The translations under genes were made by a program, and so were the position numbers. Below the pieces are notes generated by a model. It was not told where the DNA came from, ran no database searches, and was given only the letters and a program-made list of their open reading frames with translations. Below, piece after piece: positions 38,261 through 42,974 of a DNA stretch of 42,974 nt. Each line of letters starts with the position of its first letter. Positions within the stretch are counted from its first letter, which is position 1. Source of the stretch: an uncultured Lachnospiraceae bacterium (lineage in GTDB: Bacteria; Bacillota; Clostridia; Lachnospirales; Lachnospiraceae); the NCBI GenBank assembly GCA_905235465.1, contig CAJOLP010000011.1, positions 335 through 43,308 of the forward strand. The letters run 5' to 3'.

Positions 38261-40798
38261 TTAGTCGGAAGATTTTTTCTTGCTGCTGCTCTTTTTAGAC
38301 GATGATTCTTCCTTCTTCTTGGACTCTTCTTTCTTCTTGGCCTCTTCTTCCTTCTTCTTGGCTTCTTCCGCCTTCTTCTTGGCCTCTTCTTCCGCCTTGC
38401 GCCTCTCTTCCTCTTCTCTTCTCTTCATCTCGAGATACTCTCCGTAGTGGACGGAGCAGTACTCATCGCTGTCCGGCAGATAATCCTCGTCAAAATACTC
38501 CGTGACGGCGGGGCAGATCCCGCCAAAGGGCTTTTGTCCGGATACCTTGCAGACTGTCCTGGTCTCAATGCCGCCGGGCTCTTCAAATTCGCTCCATTCG
38601 TCATTGCCGGGCAGCCGCTCCATAACGGAGCGCCATACCGTCTTGGCAAGGGCCTGTTCCTGACTGCTGGTCAGGTCCACGTTGTTGTCGTAGCCCGCCC
38701 AGGTCGTCGCGGTGTAATTGGTCGTAAATCCGCAAAACCACACGTCGTTCTCATCCGAAGTCGTACCGGTCTTACCTGCGATCTCCGTGGATCCGAAGTT
38801 GACGGCTGTGCCGGTGCCCTCTTCCACCACGTCCTCCATGGCAGAAGTCAGAAGCCAGGCCGTCGTCTCCTTGAGGACGCGGTGCGTCTCCGCGCTCTCA
38901 CTGCTGTCCAGAATCACATTGCCGTCGTGATCCTCGACAATAGTGTAGAGCTTGGGCTCGATATAGACGCCGCCGTTGGCGATGGTCGCGTACGCGGCGT
39001 TCAGCTCAATATTCTTGACGCCGTATGTGATGCCGCCCAGCGCCAGTGTCTGGTTGACATCCGTATAGGTGCTGCCGTTGATATCCACGCCGTCCACCAG
39101 GGTCGAAATACCGAATTTCTGCGCGTACTCATAGCCCAGCCTGGGGCCGATCTCTGTCAGTACTTTGACCGTAACGATATTCATGGAATCCACGATTCCC
39201 TGCCGCACTGTGGAGAGGCCGCGGTAGCCCTTGTACCAGTTCCTGACCGGCACGCCGCTGTCGTAGCTGAAAGCTTCATCCACTTCGGAGGAAGCCAGCG
39301 TGTACTCGCCGGTATCCAGCGCGGGCGCGTAAGTCGTAATGACCTTAAATGTGGATCCGGGCTGACGGAGCGTGTCCGTCGCGCGGTTGAGCGTGCGGTT
39401 CGCGTTCTTGTCCCCGCGTCCTCCGACCATGGCCAGCACATGTCCTGTATGCTGATCCTCCACCGTCAGGGAGATCTCCGGCTGCGGCGCCAAAGAGATC
39501 GATTCTGTGTACTTCTGCCCCTCTTCCACGATGGAATTGCGGTATTCCTCCACGTCGTCCCTGGCGTCCTCTTCGGAACTGTACATAAGACTCGCGTCCC
39601 AGTCGCGTTCCGCCAGCCAGTTTGCCATCGTGTTGCTGTCATAGCTCTGCGTCGTCCCGTCATTTCCGATGACGGAGAGCCTGTAGCTCAGGATATAGCG
39701 GACATAATCGGGATAGTTGCCGGAATCCTCCGCGCACTCCTCGTCACAGATCTTCTGGATCTCGGGATCCTGCGTGGAGTAGATCTTGAGGCCGCCGCTG
39801 TAGACCAGCGCGAACGCCTCATCCTCCGAATAGCCGGCGTCCTCCTGAAGGTCCTTTAGGACCTGCGTCTGCAGCGCGTCGACAAAATACGAATTGATCT
39901 TGTTGTCCTCTACCTGCTTCTTGATGTTGACTTCCTGGATGCGGTCGTAAACATCGTCCGCCAGCGCTTCCTTGTACTGCGAGTTGTCGATGTATCCCTG
40001 ATCGAGCATATACTGCAGGACCGTCTCCCGGCGCTGCTCGTTGTTCTTAGGATTCGTGATCGGATCGAACTGCGTGGGGTTCTGGGGGATGCTGGCCAGC
40101 ACGCTGCACTCCGAGATGGACAGGTCATTGCAGGGCTTGTCAAAATACCGCTGCGCCGCCGCCTCTACGCCCAGTGTGCCGTGCCCCAGGTTGATGGTAT
40201 TGAGGTAATTGAGCAGGATCTCGTCCTTGCTCATCTTCTCCTCCAGCTTCAGGGCCAGATACTGCTCCTGCAGCTTTCTCTTTACTCTCTCCGTATTGGT
40301 CTCATTGGTCCAGTCAGTGAACACATTGTTCTTGATCAGCTGCTGGGTGATGGTACTGGCGCCCTCCGAAAAGTTGCCGCTGGAGAGGCCGATCACAGCC
40401 GCCCTGAGAATGCCCGGCACGTCAATGCCGTGATGCTGATAAAAACGCTCGTCCTCGATGGCGACAAAGGCATGCGCCAGATCGGGCGTTATCTTGTCCC
40501 CGGAAACGGGGATGCGGTTTGAATCGGAGGAGACCAGCTTCGCTGTCTGATTTCCGTCCGCGTCATAAACAAAGGAGGAAAACCCTTTGGGACTGACGTC
40601 AATGGTACCCATATCCGGCGAACTGTCCAGAACGCCGCGGAAGGCACCCAGACACAGCGCGCCGGCACAAAGACAGGCGCCTATAACAACAACCAGCAGG
40701 ACCTGTCCGGCGCCTACAAGGATCTTTCTGACCCTCTTCCGGCTCTTTGACTGCAGGTGCTCCTGCCTGTTGCGAATTCCTAATCTTCCATAATTCAT
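38261..40798 (-). CDS. Class A penicillin-binding protein (PBP1A family)
   Basis: TM anchor; GT51 motifs EDERFYQHHG, GASTITQQL, RKLQE; transpeptidase motifs STFK, SMN, KTG; charged C-terminal tail. Confidence 0.95.
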   Translation of the reverse strand: MNYGRLGIRNRQEHLQSKSRKRVRKILVGAGQVLLVVVIGACLCAGALCLGAFRGVLDSSPDMGTIDVSPKGFSSFVYDADGNQTAKLVSSDSNRIPVSGDKITPDLAHAFVAIEDERFYQHHGIDVPGILRAAVIGLSSGNFSEGASTITQQLIKNNVFTDWTNETNTERVKRKLQEQYLALKLEEKMSKDEILLNYLNTINLGHGTLGVEAAAQRYFDKPCNDLSISECSVLASIPQNPTQFDPITNPKNNEQRRETVLQYMLDQGYIDNSQYKEALADDVYDRIQEVNIKKQVEDNKINSYFVDALQTQVLKDLQEDAGYSEDEAFALVYSGGLKIYSTQDPEIQKICDEECAEDSGNYPDYVRYILSYRLSVIGNDGTTQSYDSNTMANWLAERDWDASLMYSSEEDARDDVEEYRNSIVEEGQKYTESISLAPQPEISLTVEDQHTGHVLAMVGGRGDKNANRTLNRATDTLRQPGSTFKVITTYAPALDTGEYTLASSEVDEAFSYDSGVPVRNWYKGYRGLSTVRQGIVDSMNIVTVKVLTEIGPRLGYEYAQKFGISTLVDGVDINGSTYTDVNQTLALGGITYGVKNIELNAAYATIANGGVYIEPKLYTIVEDHDGNVILDSSESAETHRVLKETTAWLLTSAMEDVVEEGTGTAVNFGSTEIAGKTGTTSDENDVWFCGFTTNYTATTWAGYDNNVDLTSSQEQALAKTVWRSVMERLPGNDEWSEFEEPGGIETRTVCKVSGQKPFGGICPAVTEYFDEDYLPDSDEYCSVHYGEYLEMKRREEEERRKAEEEAKKKAEEAKKKEEEAKKKEESKKKEESSSKKSSSKKKSSD

Positions 40799-40871
40799 GA
40801 AGAAACAATCCTTTCTTCCTTCGACTTCCGTCAGTGTAAGATCTCGACGAGATCAGATATTCCATTTGTGT

Positions 40872-40900
40872 ATTATATCATTAAGCCGCCGCCAAATAAA
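40872..40900 (-). promoter_or_regulatory. Probable sigma-A promoter of the PBP gene
   Basis: TTTATT-17 nt-TATAAT with TG extension. Confidence 0.6.
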
Positions 40901-40997
40901 GGACTTCACGAAATTGTCATATTTCTATCCAATATCTTGTGCTATAATACCGTGGACCGGCTAATAATGCCGCGTAAAACGATTAAACGGTAAAATG

Positions 40998-41086
40998 GCT
41001 TAGGGGGGCAGCTTAGGGCTTCATGGCGCTGTGTGCCTGCCGGAACAGCTTAGGGGCAGCTTAGAACTTCATGGCGCTGTGTGCCT
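40998..41086 (+). repeat. Duplicated ~40-bp unit, each copy with a GCTTAG direct-repeat pair, upstream of the GT2 gene
   Basis: GCTTAGGGGGGCAGCTTAGGGCTTCATGGCGCTGTGTGCCT (40998-41038) and GCTTAGGGGCAGCTTAGAACTTCATGGCGCTGTGTGCCT (41048-41086). Confidence 0.9.
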
Positions 41087-41110
41087 ATATAAGCCATAGG
41101 AGAAATAAAT

Positions 41111-41854
41111 ATGATCGTAATTTGCATTCCGGCTTATGAGCCGAATCAAAATCTTATAGATTTAATCGAATCCCTTGAAAACCTTGATCTGACCCGCATT
41201 GTCATCACGGATGACGGGAGCGGCAGTCAATTCACGCCTGTATTTGCCAAGGCGGAAGAAATGGGCAGCACAGTCGTGCGCCACGAGCGTAATTTTGGCA
41301 AGGGCGCTGCCCTTCGCACCGCCATCGAGAAGGCGCAGGCCGTCTACGGACCCGGGATCGATATTGTCACGGCTGACTCGGACCTGCAGCATACGCCGCG
41401 GGATATCCGCAGGGTCGCGGACGCGCTGGAATCCAATCCCGGGTGCCTTATTCTCGGCGTGCGGGATTTTGACAGCGCAGAAGTGCCCGCAAGGAGCAGC
41501 TTCGGCAATCGCTTCAGCTCTGCCTTTTTTAAGGCGGTGACCGGCATCCGCTGCGCGGACACACAGACCGGACTGCGGGGCATCCCCTCTTCGCTCCTTC
41601 CCCTCGCCCTGCGCGAAAAGGGCGATCGCTATGAGTACGAGATGAACTTCCTGATGGATGCCGTCAAAGAGACGGGCCTGGTGATGATCCCCATTGAGAC
41701 CGTCTACAGAGATGACGCGCCCAGCCACTTCCGTGTGCTGCGCGACTCCGTGAGCATCTATCGCCGCCCGCTCCTGCGCCTTGGCGCCGGCCTCGCCGCG
41801 AGCACCATCGTCATCACCGTGCTCTACACGCTCTTTGAGCACGACAGCATTTGA
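41111..41854 (+). CDS. Glycosyltransferase family 2 (polyprenol-phosphate glycosyltransferase-like)
   Basis: IPAYEP; DDGS; NFGKGAAL; TADSDLQH (DxD); DTQTGLRG; RYEYEMNFL; one C-terminal hydrophobic helix; AGGAG SD. Confidence 0.9.
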   Translation: MIVICIPAYEPNQNLIDLIESLENLDLTRIVITDDGSGSQFTPVFAKAEEMGSTVVRHERNFGKGAALRTAIEKAQAVYGPGIDIVTADSDLQHTPRDIRRVADALESNPGCLILGVRDFDSAEVPARSSFGNRFSSAFFKAVTGIRCADTQTGLRGIPSSLLPLALREKGDRYEYEMNFLMDAVKETGLVMIPIETVYRDDAPSHFRVLRDSVSIYRRPLLRLGAGLAASTIVITVLYTLFEHDSI

Positions 41855-41856
41855 AA

Positions 41857-41921
41857 ACCATTGAATACTATTAAGAGCTGCATTTGAATAATATAAATTG
41901 CACCATTTGGATACTATTAAG
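41857..41921. repeat. Three imperfect AT-rich direct repeats with 22-23 bp periodicity
   Basis: ACCATT-GAATACTATTAAG (41857), GCATTTGAATAATATAAAT (41880), ACCATTTGGATACTATTAAG (41902). Confidence 0.7.
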
Positions 41922-41923
41922 TT

Positions 41924-42970
41924 ATGAAGAAAAGCGATCAAGATCGGTCACGCCGCGATTCGCGCCCTGACCGGCCCGCACAAAAATTCCGCCGCACATG
42001 GGGAATCATATTTTCGGTCCTTCTGATCGCCTACGTCGCCTGGACCCTGCTGGACGCCTTCGTGATTCCGCAAAACATCATCGAAGCGTCCTCAGTCAAA
42101 GATTTACAGGACAACGCGGACTCGCAGCCGGACGCGGACTCACAGGACAGCGCAGACTCGCAGCCGGGCGCGGACTCACAGGACAGCGCGGATTCGCAGC
42201 CGGACGCGGACCCGGTTCCTTCTGAGCCGATCATTACGGATCACAGCTACAAGGATGACAGTATTTCGATCGAGATCACCACGACCCGCTACCTGGACAC
42301 GACCATTTACACAGCGGACGTGGTGCTGCAGGATCCGCTGTACTTTGGGACCGCGCTGGCCCAAAACTCTTTCGGGCGCAATCTGACGGATACAACATCC
42401 AATATGGCCCGGGAACATAACGCGATCTTCGCGGTCAACGGCGACTATTACGGATTCAGGAGCAACGGTTATGTCATGCGGGGCGGCTATCTGTACCGCT
42501 CTGAACCTCTGGGCGACCCGGACCAGGAGGATCTGGTCCTTTATCGCGACGGCTCCCTCGCCGTCATCCGCGAGGAAGAAGTGAGCGCGGAGTCCATTGC
42601 TGAGACGGAGGCGACTGACATATTTTCCTTCGGGCCGGCCCTTATTCTTGACGGCGAGATCTGCGTAAAAAAGGGCGAAGAAGTGGACCGCGCGCAGGTC
42701 ACCAATCCCCGCACGGCCATCGGCCTGATCGAACCCCTTCACTATGTCTTTGTCGTGTCGGACGGGCGTACCGAAGAGAGCCACGGCCTGTCCCTTTTGC
42801 AGCTGGCGCAGTATATGAGCGGTCTGAACTGCACACTCGCCTATAACCTGGACGGCGGCGGTTCTTCCACCATGTGGTTTAACGGGCAGGTCCTCAACCG
42901 CCCCACGACCTTTGGCGACAAGATTGCGGAGCGCGCGCTCAGTGACATCATCTATATTGGTAGAGATTGA
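41924..42970 (+). CDS. Phosphodiester glycosidase (NAGPA-like) family membrane-anchored protein
   Basis: N-terminal TM; AIFAVNGDYY; FSFGPAL; NPRTAIG; VSDGR; AYNLDGGGSSTM. Confidence 0.9.
   Translation: MKKSDQDRSRRDSRPDRPAQKFRRTWGIIFSVLLIAYVAWTLLDAFVIPQNIIEASSVKDLQDNADSQPDADSQDSADSQPGADSQDSADSQPDADPVPSEPIITDHSYKDDSISIEITTTRYLDTTIYTADVVLQDPLYFGTALAQNSFGRNLTDTTSNMAREHNAIFAVNGDYYGFRSNGYVMRGGYLYRSEPLGDPDQEDLVLYRDGSLAVIREEEVSAESIAETEATDIFSFGPALILDGEICVKKGEEVDRAQVTNPRTAIGLIEPLHYVFVVSDGRTEESHGLSLLQLAQYMSGLNCTLAYNLDGGGSSTMWFNGQVLNRPTTFGDKIAERALSDIIYIGRD
42107..42211 (+). repeat. In-frame 36-bp tandem repeat x3 (QD[N/S]ADSQP[D/G]ADS linker)
   Basis: CAGGACAACGCGGACTCGCAGCCGGACGCGGACTCA and two near copies. 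Confidence 0.9.
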
Positions 42971-42974
42971 ATCA

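Overview
Core chromosomal segment of a GC-rich Clostridia bacterium, most likely Lachnospiraceae (inferred from gene order and protein style). Almost all genes lie on the minus strand, in four conserved blocks: (i) asp23-nusB-xseA-xseB-ispA-tlyA-nadK-argR-recN-DUF1836; (ii) rimP-nusA-ylxR-ylxQ-infB-rbfA-nrnA-truB-ribF-rpsO-pnp-prfC; (iii) pyrH-frr-uppS-cdsA-rseP-ispG-polC, a YARHG protein and tRNA-Glu; (iv) typA, a probable GT-C membrane protein, mgtE, yigZ, tRNA-Thr, a class A PBP, a GT2 and a phosphodiester glycosidase. I see no mobile element, CRISPR array, rRNA or clear new multi-gene system. The most interesting signal is what is missing: dxs and dxr, the first two MEP-pathway genes, are both cleanly absent from their conserved positions while ispG is intact, and the usual sporulation neighbours (spoIIIA, spoIVB-spo0A) are also absent. 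Four genes (recN, xseB, infB, typA) are frameshifted, mostly likely consensus errors. Several repeat arrays that look regulatory occur in the envelope-gene region.
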